64,000 bases of DNA from a virus. A model generated the notes under the pieces. The model was not told the origin of the DNA. It was given only the letters and a program-made list of their open reading frames with translations, and made no database searches. Position 1 is the stretch's first letter, and every line of letters starts with the position of its first letter. Made by a program: the position numbers and the translations under genes. Shown here piece after piece: positions 24,816 through 35,059 of this stretch. The stretch lies in IMG/VR virus record IMGVR_UViG_3300045988_177331. One strand, written 5' to 3'.

Positions 24816-26276
24816 ATGCCAAATTATGTTGATATCATGGTACTTGGAAATGGACATAGTATATTAATGTCCCATGTACCTAACCATCATGAAGAAATTT
24901 CTAATAGGTTTTTTAGTGAAGCTAAACCTAATAAGGATTCAATAGACCAATTTGGTTTATTTGGTTCAGGGGCTAATTATAATACTTTTTATCAAGATGT
25001 AGACCCAGAAGATTTACATCCCAATGATGAAGAGTTTATAGAACCAATGTTCAGATTACTTTCAGCTTGTATAGTTTCAAAGAATTATATGCCAACTGAA
25101 TTTCCCAAGAATGTTCTTAAAGATTCTATGAATCTTTTAGTTGGTCAAACAGTAAATTGTGACCATGAAACTGATGTAGCCAATGCTATTGGTTCCGTTA
25201 AATCAGTTTTATGGCAAGAATCATATACAGTTGATGGAGTAACTATACCTGCTGGAATAAATGGGGTACTAAAAATAGATGGTAAATCAAACCCAAGAAT
25301 TGCAAGAGGTATAAATATGGACCCTCCTTCTATACATTCCAATTCAGTAACTGTTCAATTCGAATGGAAACCATCACATAGATTTGAAAAAGAATGGGAA
25401 TTTTATGATAAATTAGGTACCATAGCTGAAGATGGTACTATGGTTCGTAGAATTGCTACAAGAATTATATCTTATAAGGAAACTTCTTTGGTATCACATG
25501 GAGCTGACCCATTTGCTCAATTAATAAAAGATAATAAAATAAACAATCCAGCTTATGCTGGTTCTGTTTATTATTCATTTTCGGAAGCTCCCATAAAGAA
25601 AGAAGACCTTCCAAAGAAACTTTCTTTCTTTGAATTCAAAGGGGCCCATGAAGTTGATATAATGTACAATACCAGTAAATTTATTAATGAAAATAATAAT
25701 ACTAACCCAAAAGATAAACCTATAATGAATGAATTAGAAAAATTTCTAGAATCATTATTTGGTGATGGTATGTTAACTCTACAAGAGGGGGCAACCATTA
25801 GTCAAGAAATGGTTCTCTCTCAGATTAGAACAATTGTATCTGAGAATTCTAGTTTATCTGAAGCTAAAACAAATGCTGAGGATAATATTAATAAATTAAA
25901 TGGTGAAATAAATACCTTAAAAGAAACCATTGAATCAAATAAATTGATGGTAACTATTGGTACTAACCATTTAACTGAGGTAAGAAATAATGCAATTTCT
26001 TCCTATAAAAAGCTTGTTGGTGAAGATAAAGTAGATGAAAATATTATCTCTTTATTGGAATCCAATACTACAAGTATTGAGACTCTTATATCACTTACCA
26101 AAACCTATGATTTACAATTAGAAGAAAAATTCCCTCTTGTTTGTAAAGAATGTGGTTCTAAAAATGTAAGCAGAGCTTCCTCAGTAACAAAAGATGATGA
26201 ATCTACAGAAGAAACTAAAAATTCTGAGGATTTAAATTCTACTATCAAAAATATAGCTGATTCTAAATTAAAATAA
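24816..26276 (+). CDS. putative prohead protease / scaffold fusion protein
   Basis: Sits between the portal and capsid genes. N-terminal half has His/Ser-containing blocks (VNCDHETDVANAIGS, SIHSNSV). C-terminal half is coiled-coil-like (NKLNGEINTLKETIESNKL). Confidence 0.4.
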   Translation: MPNYVDIMVLGNGHSILMSHVPNHHEEISNRFFSEAKPNKDSIDQFGLFGSGANYNTFYQDVDPEDLHPNDEEFIEPMFRLLSACIVSKNYMPTEFPKNVLKDSMNLLVGQTVNCDHETDVANAIGSVKSVLWQESYTVDGVTIPAGINGVLKIDGKSNPRIARGINMDPPSIHSNSVTVQFEWKPSHRFEKEWEFYDKLGTIAEDGTMVRRIATRIISYKETSLVSHGADPFAQLIKDNKINNPAYAGSVYYSFSEAPIKKEDLPKKLSFFEFKGAHEVDIMYNTSKFINENNNTNPKDKPIMNELEKFLESLFGDGMLTLQEGATISQEMVLSQIRTIVSENSSLSEAKTNAEDNINKLNGEINTLKETIESNKLMVTIGTNHLTEVRNNAISSYKKLVGEDKVDENIISLLESNTTSIETLISLTKTYDLQLEEKFPLVCKECGSKNVSRASSVTKDDESTEETKNSEDLNSTIKNIADSKLK

Positions 26277-26288
26277 TATAAGAAGATT

Positions 26289-26768
26289 ATGATGCCCTAT
26301 GTAAATCCCGAAGCAATGACTGCTGTTGGGAGTAAAACAAAACAAACAGTAATTTATAAAAGTGAATCTCATAAATTACATCAGGCATTCCCTGTAAAAA
26401 AAGATGAGGTTATACTTCAAGGTCAACCAGTACAGTTGAATACTGATGGTACTATTCAAGCTTATTTTGGTACTGGTATTTATTTGGGTATTGCTGTTAC
26501 TGATACTCAATACCCTGCTTATCCTGTTGGGGAAAAAATTCCAGAGGTAACAGTAATGGTAGAAGCATTTGCTATTGTATATGGAGTAGCTGGAGAAGAA
26601 ATGCCTACATGTGGTGCTGTACTTCCCAATAAACTTGATGAAGATAGCATATATGTAACATATATGTTAGATGATGAATCATCTTCAACAACAAAAGCTA
26701 ATCCCAAATTTGTTAATTTAAATACTGCAGCAGCTATCAATGATTTAATTGCAGTAATGGTTCGATAA
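26289..26768 (+). CDS. hypothetical head protein (decoration/scaffold position)
   Basis: 159 aa immediately upstream of the major capsid gene. Confidence 0.35.
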   Translation: MMPYVNPEAMTAVGSKTKQTVIYKSESHKLHQAFPVKKDEVILQGQPVQLNTDGTIQAYFGTGIYLGIAVTDTQYPAYPVGEKIPEVTVMVEAFAIVYGVAGEEMPTCGAVLPNKLDEDSIYVTYMLDDESSSTTKANPKFVNLNTAAAINDLIAVMVR

Positions 26769-26786
26769 AAAATATTAAAAAGTAAT

Positions 26787-27902
26787 ATGGAAGACGTAAC
26801 TAAAATGAAAGCACAGGACTTCACCAAAGAGTTGAGGTCAATTGTACAACTTTTGGATGCTACCCGTGCTGGTCACCAAAATCAAAGACCTGTTGATATT
26901 TCACTTAGTGAATTGGTAACAAACCGTTATGGATTGTCAATTCAGGATTATTATGATAAGATTGGCATTAATCCCAAAAAAGATACAATGCAGAATATCT
27001 TTACAATGCCTGACCAAAATATCCGTTGGATTGTTCCTGAAATTATTCGTGATGCCATTTATTTGGGTATTAAGGAAGCTCCTTTCTATCCCAATATTAT
27101 TTCTTCTGACCAAGCAATCAATGGGCTTCAAGTAATCATGCCTATGATTAACCCTTCAGATGCTGCACCTGCAAGAGTTAATGAGGCTGAAACTATCCCT
27201 CTTGGAGATGTAAGCTTTGGTCAAAAATCAGTAAGACTTTTCAAAATTGGTAAAGGTTTTAAAATTACCGAAGAGGTTAAGAATTATGTATCACTTGATG
27301 TAATGGCAATTTTCATTCGTGACTTTGGTATTCAATTGGGTTATGCCCTTGATACTTTGGCTATGGATGTATTGATTAATGGTAATCAAGCTGATGGTTC
27401 TGAATCTGCCCCGGTAATTGGAGTAAATACCACTGCAGAAGGTATTACCTATAAAGACCTTCTTAGAACTTGGGTTCGTGGTTCTCGTCTTGGTAGAGTA
27501 TTCCGTACTTTGATTGGTGATGAATCAGCAGCAATTGATATTCTTGACCTTCCTGAATTCAAAATCAGAATGTATGGTCAACCCCAATCCACAATGAATT
27601 TGAAAACTCCTGTTCCCAGCAGCTCTGATTTCTATATTCATCCTGGGGTACCTGAAAATAATGTATTATTGGTAGACCCCCGTTCTGCATTAATTAAGCT
27701 TACAGCTCGTCAATTGATGATTGAATCTGAAAAGATTGTATCTAATCAAACTGAAGCTGTATATGCTACAATTACCACTGGTTTCTCTAAGATGTACAGA
27801 GATGCTTCAATATTGATTGATTCTACTAAGGAATTTAGTACAAATGGATTCCCTGAATGGATGAATATTGACCCCTATATCAATGTAAACATTGAACAGT
27901 AA
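26787..27902 (+). CDS. major capsid protein (by position and size)
   Basis: 371 aa, after the protease/scaffold genes, followed by a strong 11-bp-stem hairpin. Confidence 0.65.
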   Translation: MEDVTKMKAQDFTKELRSIVQLLDATRAGHQNQRPVDISLSELVTNRYGLSIQDYYDKIGINPKKDTMQNIFTMPDQNIRWIVPEIIRDAIYLGIKEAPFYPNIISSDQAINGLQVIMPMINPSDAAPARVNEAETIPLGDVSFGQKSVRLFKIGKGFKITEEVKNYVSLDVMAIFIRDFGIQLGYALDTLAMDVLINGNQADGSESAPVIGVNTTAEGITYKDLLRTWVRGSRLGRVFRTLIGDESAAIDILDLPEFKIRMYGQPQSTMNLKTPVPSSSDFYIHPGVPENNVLLVDPRSALIKLTARQLMIESEKIVSNQTEAVYATITTGFSKMYRDASILIDSTKEFSTNGFPEWMNIDPYINVNIEQ

Positions 27903-27921
27903 ACTCTTTTCATTTATAAAA

Positions 27922-27962
27922 GATACCTGGTATTCCATAAATATACATGGGTACCAGGTATC
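27922..27962 (+). terminator. hairpin after the capsid gene
   Basis: GATACCTGGTA (27922-27932) / TACCAGGTATC (27952-27962), 19-nt loop. No strong T tract. Confidence 0.55.
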
Positions 27963-27992
27963 AAATTATTAATTTATTAAATCAAATCAATT

Positions 27993-28391
27993 ATGGGTAC
28001 AAAAGTAAAGGTAGGTTCAAAAGCTTATATATTCCATGACCAATCCACCGGTATTACCATTAAAAAGGGTGAAATAAAAGAATTAACGCCCCAACAATAC
28101 AATTCAAAAAGAATCCGTTCTGCTATCAATGGTGGTCATTTGGTAATTACCAATGAAAACATTGAAAAAGAGATTAAAAAAGATGTAAAGGTTGATAATA
28201 AGAAAGCTATTGAAAAATTCAAAGAAATGGTAGAATCTGGTATGACCAGTGAAAAAATTGCCAAAGCTTTCAATTTGGAAACCCTAAAAACAATGGCAGC
28301 TTCTTTTGATATTGAAGTAACAGATGAAGATACTAAATTATCTATTGTTGAAGCTTTAATGGAAGAAGATGAAGAACCTTCAGAAGATTAA
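27993..28391 (+). CDS. hypothetical protein with acidic C-terminus
   Basis: 132 aa. Confidence 0.55.
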   Translation: MGTKVKVGSKAYIFHDQSTGITIKKGEIKELTPQQYNSKRIRSAINGGHLVITNENIEKEIKKDVKVDNKKAIEKFKEMVESGMTSEKIAKAFNLETLKTMAASFDIEVTDEDTKLSIVEALMEEDEEPSED

Positions 28392-28403
28392 AAAAAATAA
28401 ACT

Positions 28404-29282
28404 ATGGTAGTTGATTTTATATTCAACACTGTAGGGTTAAAATCAAATTTTACAAACCTATCATATGAAGTCCCAGATGAGTATACCTACTCCTGGGACT
28501 TTGGTGATGGGGAAACTTCAACTGAATTGAACCCTACACATGAATATCAGAGAATGGGTTTTTATAGGGTTTCAATGTCAATTGTTGATTCCAATAATAG
28601 ACCAGTAGAAAAGGTAACAAAAACTGTTTTGATATCTGATAAAGTAAAAACCCATTTATCAAACAGTATATATGTGTTGATTAATACCTATATACCTTAT
28701 TCAATATTTGGGAAGGTACCATCAAGTATTAAACAACAATTTATTGAGAAATGGCAATTATATATTCAGCCACTAGTAAATCATGAAATTCCAGTAGAAG
28801 ATTTTAATAATGAACTTTATTATGAAGCTCTAGAAAATCAATTAATAATGGAATTGGCTGCCTATGATTATATGATATTAAACATTCAAAATGTAATCAA
28901 TGCTACTTCTCAAACCATTATAAAAGATAATTCACAAGGTTCAGAATGTGGTGGAGAATATTCTTCCCAAAGTTCTGGTTCCTCATCAGATACATCCTCT
29001 GCATCTGGAGGTTCAATAAAAAAGATTGTAACTGGACCAACAGAAGTAGAATATTTTAATGATACAGAATCTGAAAAAGATTTTATATCAAACATAACCA
29101 AAGCAACCCAACCTGGTGGTTTCATAGATATACTGAAACAAAATTTATGTATGCTAGCAGGAAGGTTAGATATATATCTACCAATCTGTGAAAACCAAAC
29201 TAGGGTTGTAGTACCAAGAGTGGTAAACAGAAGGAAACCAAGATTATTGAATGGTCCAGACCCATTAGAAGTATTAAGGTAA
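28404..29282 (+). CDS. PKD-domain-containing structural protein
   Basis: The N-terminus YTYSWDFGDGETSTELNPTHEYQRMGFYRVSMSIVD matches the PKD signature (WDFGDG…H.Y…G.Y.V). Ser-rich linker. Confidence 0.65.
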   Translation: MVVDFIFNTVGLKSNFTNLSYEVPDEYTYSWDFGDGETSTELNPTHEYQRMGFYRVSMSIVDSNNRPVEKVTKTVLISDKVKTHLSNSIYVLINTYIPYSIFGKVPSSIKQQFIEKWQLYIQPLVNHEIPVEDFNNELYYEALENQLIMELAAYDYMILNIQNVINATSQTIIKDNSQGSECGGEYSSQSSGSSSDTSSASGGSIKKIVTGPTEVEYFNDTESEKDFISNITKATQPGGFIDILKQNLCMLAGRLDIYLPICENQTRVVVPRVVNRRKPRLLNGPDPLEVLR

Positions 29283-29283
29283 T

Positions 29284-29847
29284 ATGCCAAAAATTAGCAG
29301 AATGTCCCAAAAAGATTGGGATAAATATAAATCCATAATAAATAACTTCATAGATGTAGATGCTGGTAAACAACCATTTCTATGGTTAAGAAAAATAAAC
29401 CAACCATTAGCTTTTGGTGAAGATGTTGGAGTTAAATATGTACCTTATCAATTAGAAGGGTTATTCCAATATAATTTTATTAAAACCTGGGCATCATCTG
29501 GAAGAAATTCCATTTCTGGTGAACTAGATAATGGTAATTTGGTTTTATATATTTCTGCTAACCTTTTAAGGGAAAACAATTTATTAAACAAATATGGGTA
29601 TTGGGATTTTAATTGGTCCGAAGATAGGTTTATATTAAATGGGAAAGTATATAAACCATCTGGAGATACCCAAGTTGCACAAGCATCAGATGAAGCTCTT
29701 TTATTCTTTATCATATTAGATAGAGAAGACCCACAAGAGAATGAAGATATTTTACAATCTTATGTATCAGATACTACCATAATAAGTTCTGGAAAACAAT
29801 CCATAATAAGGAATACAAATGGTAGAAAAGTTTATGAAATAATTTGA
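29284..29847 (+). CDS. hypothetical head-tail module protein
   Basis: 187 aa, 1-nt gap from the upstream gene. Confidence 0.55.
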   Translation: MPKISRMSQKDWDKYKSIINNFIDVDAGKQPFLWLRKINQPLAFGEDVGVKYVPYQLEGLFQYNFIKTWASSGRNSISGELDNGNLVLYISANLLRENNLLNKYGYWDFNWSEDRFILNGKVYKPSGDTQVAQASDEALLFFIILDREDPQENEDILQSYVSDTTIISSGKQSIIRNTNGRKVYEII

Positions 29848-29848
29848 T

Positions 29849-30211
29849 ATGGAAAATCAAATACAACCACAACCATACTGGGCAGATTTTAAAATCAAGG
29901 TAGGGTTATATGTAAATCAAAATGAGGGTGGAGAAACTAAAAGAGTATTAATTGACCCAAAAGATATCCAATTCAAATTTACATACAAAGATTCAAAGGA
30001 TAATCAGTTGGTTGCTAGTTATGATGGTAATACCAGAGTCAATCATAAGATTGAAGATAATCATATTATAGTGATTGTAAATTCCAACACTTTTAAATGT
30101 GGGTTATTAAAAGTAACCAGAGCATTCAATACCCCAGATTCTGATTTTAATGATGGAGTTTGGGATTATGGTGATAAAACAGTATATACCAATATAGAAA
30201 TTGTATCATGA
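29849..30211 (+). CDS. hypothetical protein
   Basis: 120 aa, ATGA overlap with the downstream gene. Confidence 0.55.
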   Translation: MENQIQPQPYWADFKIKVGLYVNQNEGGETKRVLIDPKDIQFKFTYKDSKDNQLVASYDGNTRVNHKIEDNHIIVIVNSNTFKCGLLKVTRAFNTPDSDFNDGVWDYGDKTVYTNIEIVS

Positions 30212-31698
30212 ATATGATTATAGAAGAGGAGGTATTAGTTCCAGATATACCAATAATAGAGGAACAAGTACTTTATCCTGATAATCCAATTTCTGTAGAA
30301 GAGGAGGTATTAGTTCCTGCTACTATCCCAGCACCTAATGAGGTAGAGAAAGTAATAGACCCAGCATGGAGAGATTATGTATATAATGTAGAAGATGAAT
30401 ACATAAATGTTATAGTTACTCAATATAAATATATTGAACCAATAGTATGTCTCACTAGTTATAGTTCTACTTATCAAGTATTTAGTATTAATGGGGAAAG
30501 AATAACCCCAACAACATATAAAAATTACCAAATTATCCTAATGAATAATTACAAAGAAACTGGGCTTGATTCATTAGGACGAAAATTTTGGGTATTAAAA
30601 TTTACCAATACCGAAGAAGCTAAGAAGTCAAATATTTTCAATTTATCTTTTTATTCAAGAGAAACTGAATTTTATGAGTTTACCCCACTAATAAATTCTA
30701 GTTTAACCTTTATTTCAGTTGGAGATAAAATATTTACTGAGAAAAGATATGCAACTAGAGTAGGTCAAACCATATTATATACTTATCAAAGTAATTATAA
30801 TCTTCTTGGGATTAAAATAAGAGGTTCATATTTGTATAAATTACCCATTATAGCTGGTACCCTACATAATAATTTCAGAGGAATAATTTTTGATGAGGGG
30901 GTTAAATTGGAATATTTTCCAGAGGACCATATAAATGAAAATCAAATAATTTATTGGGGGGATGGTTTATTTGGTCTTACTTGGTTTAAGCAGATAGAAG
31001 TAATTGAAGGTTCCTTAATCCCATTTTCACTAACAATGAGGTCTATTGCTGGTGATTATAATAAAATTGATTTAACTAAATACAGGTTTAAGGTAACTAA
31101 TACCCCTGGGCAACCATTTGCTGGGTCTTTACCAACTTTTGGTTATTATTCCTATGCGTTGCAGGAATTAATATATCCAAGAGAACCATATCTAGGTGAT
31201 TCAGTATATGATATTAACAATAGTTGTTATAGGTTAAAGAAATTAATCTTTCCACCTTCTATGCCCTATATTTACAATGCTGGGTACTTTTTATATGATT
31301 GCCATAATTTAGAGGAATTATATATTCCAGAGGATTTTGGTAGTCTTTCTGAAAGAGGTACTACAATGGGCCAAGTATTTCATTTGTATTTACCAGAATT
31401 TATTTTAAATATACCAGGTTGTAAACTGTTAAACATCTCAGTATCATATTCAAGTATTAAAGGTATTAAATTTAGTAAAGAATCTCCTTTTGTTTTTAAT
31501 AATTCTTATACAAATGTATTTATTTTAAGTCATACTGCTATAAGTAGAGAAGCTATAGTTGATATATTTAATCAATTACCAGATTTTACGGGACAACCCA
31601 CAAGGTCCATGAATCTGGTTGGTAGTCCCTATGCTTCAGAATTAACAGAAGAAGATTTGAAAATAGCCATCAATAAAAATTGGGTAATAAATAGATAG
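30208..31698 (+). CDS. putative fibre/receptor-binding protein with BspA-type leucine-rich-repeat-like C-terminal half
   Basis: 496 aa. N-terminal EEEVLVP repeats (23-bp DNA repeat at 30224 and 30299). Repeating …L..L.IP… segments near the C-terminus. Confidence 0.4.
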   Translation: MNMIIEEEVLVPDIPIIEEQVLYPDNPISVEEEVLVPATIPAPNEVEKVIDPAWRDYVYNVEDEYINVIVTQYKYIEPIVCLTSYSSTYQVFSINGERITPTTYKNYQIILMNNYKETGLDSLGRKFWVLKFTNTEEAKKSNIFNLSFYSRETEFYEFTPLINSSLTFISVGDKIFTEKRYATRVGQTILYTYQSNYNLLGIKIRGSYLYKLPIIAGTLHNNFRGIIFDEGVKLEYFPEDHINENQIIYWGDGLFGLTWFKQIEVIEGSLIPFSLTMRSIAGDYNKIDLTKYRFKVTNTPGQPFAGSLPTFGYYSYALQELIYPREPYLGDSVYDINNSCYRLKKLIFPPSMPYIYNAGYFLYDCHNLEELYIPEDFGSLSERGTTMGQVFHLYLPEFILNIPGCKLLNISVSYSSIKGIKFSKESPFVFNNSYTNVFILSHTAISREAIVDIFNQLPDFTGQPTRSMNLVGSPYASELTEEDLKIAINKNWVINR

Positions 31699-31699
31699 T

Positions 31700-31891
31700 A
31701 TGAAACATTTAGTAGCAAAAGAAGGATTCCTATTTGTAAATAAGGATATCAGAAATGGTATTGTTTTAGCTGGTGAATTATATATTCCAGATGAATATAA
31801 TTATTTGGATTATTATGATGAAATTCCAGAACAAGAAGCTTTAGAATTACAAGAAAAATATAACAATAATGGGGATAGGAATATTAATTAA
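31700..31891 (+). CDS. hypothetical protein
   Basis: 63 aa. Confidence 0.45.
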   Translation: MKHLVAKEGFLFVNKDIRNGIVLAGELYIPDEYNYLDYYDEIPEQEALELQEKYNNNGDRNIN

Positions 31892-31941
31892 AATTCTGGG
31901 TATACCCATAAATAAAGGTACCCCCAATAAAGATTCAAATA

Positions 31942-32202
31942 ATGAAAAATCAAGGTAGAAAATCCATTACCCTAAGTTTACAGGTAAGTGTAATAGGTAA
32001 TATACCAAGTGGTAACTTTAAGCTTGGTTCACCTAAGGAGGTTTTCCTTATTAAAAATATAACTGATGAAGCAATAAGCTTATCAGTTAAACCAGCAGGA
32101 AGTGGGGAATTCATTACCACAAAGATATATCCTGGTTGGAACCCAGAAATAATTTCGGAAATCCAAGATGCCCCTGAAAATTCTTTACAGTATGGGTATT
32201 AA
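31942..32202 (+). CDS. hypothetical protein
   Basis: 86 aa. Confidence 0.5.
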   Translation: MKNQGRKSITLSLQVSVIGNIPSGNFKLGSPKEVFLIKNITDEAISLSVKPAGSGEFITTKIYPGWNPEIISEIQDAPENSLQYGY

Positions 32203-32213
32203 GTAAAAAAAAA

Positions 32214-32777
32214 ATGTCAGGACAATTAATTATAGGAGTAGGAGGGAACCAATCATCATCAAGTTCCATACCAAAGAATTCAGTTACTTCTGATATGGTA
32301 AAATCCATAGTAGTAACTGATAGTGCACCTATAAAAGAAGATAATGTTCTATATTTTGAATATGAACCAGTATCATCTGTGGTATTACGTTCTTCAGCAG
32401 AAAAAAAAATCCCAAGATTTAGTAATGCAGAGATAAAGAATAAATTTATTAAGAATAACTCTGGAATATTAAATTTAATTCTAGAAAACCCCACAGATAA
32501 TACCTATAAAAGGGTTAGGATATTATTAAGAAATAATTCCAAAGAATCTGGGAACTTAATTATACAGGATTCAGATTTTAATAAAGTTGGAACAAATACT
32601 TCTTATATCAGTAGTGGTTCAACTGGGTTTACCATAGAACCAAATTCTATATTGAGTATCCCAATAAACCTTTTGTTTGATAATGATGGTCTCTATGAAA
32701 TCCAATTTGATTTAGTGTATTTAGATAGTGGTAATATTATCACTACCAATAAATTTGTAGTTCAGGTAGGGAATTAG
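32214..32777 (+). CDS. hypothetical protein
   Basis: 187 aa, A10 leader before the ATG. Confidence 0.55.
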   Translation: MSGQLIIGVGGNQSSSSSIPKNSVTSDMVKSIVVTDSAPIKEDNVLYFEYEPVSSVVLRSSAEKKIPRFSNAEIKNKFIKNNSGILNLILENPTDNTYKRVRILLRNNSKESGNLIIQDSDFNKVGTNTSYISSGSTGFTIEPNSILSIPINLLFDNDGLYEIQFDLVYLDSGNIITTNKFVVQVGN

Positions 32778-32780
32778 ATT

Positions 32781-33002
32781 ATGGCAACACCAATAAGCTC
32801 ATTTAATAATAGAAAAATCCAAAGAATTGTTTTTAATGGAAGGGAAATAAGAAAAGCTGTTTTTAATGGTTTAGTGGTTTGGACCAATGATGATTCAGAA
32901 CCAAGACTTTCTCTTGAGAAACTAAGTGTATTTTTATCTGAACAAAACAATTTTCAAGATACTAATCAAGTGTACACAAATACAACTTTTTCTGTGGAAT
33001 AA
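32781..33002 (+). CDS. hypothetical protein
   Basis: 73 aa. The C-terminus TNTTFSVE echoes the TNTTFTVS end of the next gene. Confidence 0.45.
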   Translation: MATPISSFNNRKIQRIVFNGREIRKAVFNGLVVWTNDDSEPRLSLEKLSVFLSEQNNFQDTNQVYTNTTFSVE

Positions 33003-33004
33003 AT

Positions 33005-33023
33005 AAAAAAAAAAAAAAAAAAA
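33005..33023 (+). repeat. A19 homopolymer abutting the ATG at 33024
   Basis: Direct count: A from 33005 to 33023, continuing into the A of the ATG. Confidence 0.95.
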
Positions 33024-33653
33024 ATGGCAGAAGTAACCAAAAAAGGTATAGTAGTAAATCCTAGTACAGGTAGTGGGGATACTACTTTAAAAGTAAAAGC
33101 ACAAACACCCAATAGTGGTAACCGTGTTAAACAATCAGCAGAATTTACAGTAACAGCTCCTGGAGTTTCAAAACCCAAGAAATTTACTGCAAATCTATTA
33201 CCCAAAAAGGAGTTTGTAAGTTTTGATAATAGTTCACCTGCAGTTGATAAAGCTGGTGGAGTAGTTACTATTACTGGTAAATCAAACTCTCAAAAACTTA
33301 CCTTTAAAAAGGGTGCAGGTGATATAATCACAGAAGATATTTCTTCAATTGAATATCAGGCAAATGGTTCTAATACTGTAAATGGTGTTGCTATTGATGG
33401 TGACCCTGGAGCAACTGCTCAGTATACCTTCACTTTAACTTTAAATGCTGTTGAAAATGAGACAATAGATGCAAGAACCCAACAGATTACAGTAGAAGGA
33501 GCTGGTGGTTCCAGTGTATCAGATACTCTTACTCTTAATCAAACTGCTGGTGATCCGACTTTGGAAGTATCTCCTACTTCTATCAATGTACCTCAAGATG
33601 GTTCAGAAGTACAAGTACAAGTTACTACCAATACTACATTCACAGTTTCTTAA
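33024..33653 (+). CDS. Ig-like-domain surface protein
   Basis: 209 aa, T/S/V/G-rich beta-strand pattern, repeated …TLKV…FTVT… / …VQVQVTTNTTFTVS segments. Own terminator. Confidence 0.5.
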   Translation: MAEVTKKGIVVNPSTGSGDTTLKVKAQTPNSGNRVKQSAEFTVTAPGVSKPKKFTANLLPKKEFVSFDNSSPAVDKAGGVVTITGKSNSQKLTFKKGAGDIITEDISSIEYQANGSNTVNGVAIDGDPGATAQYTFTLTLNAVENETIDARTQQITVEGAGGSSVSDTLTLNQTAGDPTLEVSPTSINVPQDGSEVQVQVTTNTTFTVS

Positions 33654-33670
33654 AAAGATTAATCAACAAT

Positions 33671-33703
33671 CCAGGTGGAATTCAAAACCCACCTGGATTT
33701 TTT
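33671..33703 (+). terminator. rho-independent terminator
   Basis: CCAGGTGG (33671-33678) / CCACCTGG (33689-33696) followed by ATTTTTT. Confidence 0.8.
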
Positions 33704-33716
33704 CCTAATAAGGATT

Positions 33717-34040
33717 ATGTCAAAGAAAGCAAAAGCAAGTTCCAATATTATTGCAGAAATACCATGGAATGATGGTACTGGGGATAAGGTATATGTTAAT
33801 TATAATTCTAATGAAAAATCCCAAACCATAAACATAACCTCGGATTTTAATTTTGGAAATCAACCAAGGGATTTAATAATTATAATCCAAACTAATTCAC
33901 CAAATATAGACCCAGATTTACAAGTAAAATTTTCCTTACTTGTTACACAACAGGTTGACAATACAAGAGTAGTAGCCACATTTGATAACAAAAAATCCTT
34001 ATATTCAAATACTTCTTCCCAATATGTAAAACAATCCTAA
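33717..34040 (+). CDS. hypothetical protein, paralogue of the next gene
   Basis: The track start at 33675 lies inside the terminator; ATG 33717 (MSKKAK…) is preferred. Shares IPW.DGT… and VVATFD motifs with 34045..34332. Confidence 0.55.
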   Translation: MSKKAKASSNIIAEIPWNDGTGDKVYVNYNSNEKSQTINITSDFNFGNQPRDLIIIIQTNSPNIDPDLQVKFSLLVTQQVDNTRVVATFDNKKSLYSNTSSQYVKQS

Positions 34041-34044
34041 TATT

Positions 34045-34332
34045 ATGGAATTAAAAATATCAATACCATGGGGAGATGGTACTAATCAATATTTTTATCT
34101 TGATTTTTCTAAAATACAGGAAAATGACCAAGTCTTGGTTACTTCAGATAAAAATACCCAAGGTATTCAAAGAGTAAAAGTTATTGGATTCAAAGGAATA
34201 TCAGAAAAAGTAGATAACAATCAACCAATAGCTTATTTACAAGTATTACAACAAACAGATAATAGTGTAGTAGCCACATTTGATAGTAATGTGAGTATAT
34301 ATGATGATAATAAAGCTTCCTATAAATATTAA
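34045..34332 (+). CDS. hypothetical protein, paralogue of the previous gene
   Basis: 95 aa. ISIPWGDGTNQ… and SVVATFDSN… are shared with 33717..34040. Confidence 0.55.
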   Translation: MELKISIPWGDGTNQYFYLDFSKIQENDQVLVTSDKNTQGIQRVKVIGFKGISEKVDNNQPIAYLQVLQQTDNSVVATFDSNVSIYDDNKASYKY

Positions 34333-34351
34333 TCATAAAAAATAAAATATT

Positions 34352-35059
34352 ATGCCAGAATTTAAAGACATATCAACATTTAACCAAGTAACCCCAGTTG
34401 GTACTGAAAGAATCCAGGTATCAGCAGCCAATTGTGTAACTCTAATGGATATTGCTAATCTTGGTAGTGAAACTAATTGGTATACTGAATTAGATAAAAG
34501 AATTACACAGAATAAAAATGATGCTCTTGCAGCTTATGAATTAGCTAATAATGCTAATAATAAAGCAGTTGAAGCTATGAGTGATGCAGAATCTGCTTTA
34601 AATCAAGCATCAAATAACCGTTCATCAATAGTTTCATTATCCAATAATTATAAAGCTTTATCAAGTTATAACCTAATTAGTAATACTATTGCTAGTGTTA
34701 CATTAACTGGTAATAATGTAAGTTTTATAAATAATTCATCAATTAAAACCATAATACTTAATATCACTAATTGGGGAGCGAACCTGGGTTCGCTCCAGGA
34801 TTCAGTAATATATATTCCAAGAAGTAATGGAGTGGGTGGTATAGTTGAATGGAGTACTCCCCATAAAATAAGTGGTATATATGGTAATCTTACCGAAATA
34901 GAAATGATGGTTTCAAGTTTAAATAATTGTTGGGTAAGATATCAAGTAAGTCTAGTAAAAAGTGAAAATGGTAGTGGTATGAGTGGTTTTGATTTAATCA
35001 TTATTGGTACTGTATTACTACCTAATCCTAACAAAGAAGTAATGGAGTGGGTGGTATAG
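34352..35059 (+). CDS. hypothetical tail-module protein whose 3' end is altered by a tandem duplication
   Basis: 235 aa. The last residues EVMEWVV* come from reading into the second repeat copy out of frame. Confidence 0.55.
   Translation: MPEFKDISTFNQVTPVGTERIQVSAANCVTLMDIANLGSETNWYTELDKRITQNKNDALAAYELANNANNKAVEAMSDAESALNQASNNRSSIVSLSNNYKALSSYNLISNTIASVTLTGNNVSFINNSSIKTIILNITNWGANLGSLQDSVIYIPRSNGVGGIVEWSTPHKISGIYGNLTEIEMMVSSLNNCWVRYQVSLVKSENGSGMSGFDLIIIGTVLLPNPNKEVMEWVV

Noticed and set aside
28910-29290. Minus-strand 126-aa ORF overlapping the PKD-domain gene
   Set aside because: It is antisense to a supported + strand gene and covers its Ser-rich low-complexity segment. It is probably spurious.
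32114-32494. Minus-strand 126-aa ORF in the tail-fibre region
   Set aside because: It is antisense to two tightly packed + strand ORFs (31942 and 32214) and spans their intergenic junction. It has no supporting signals.
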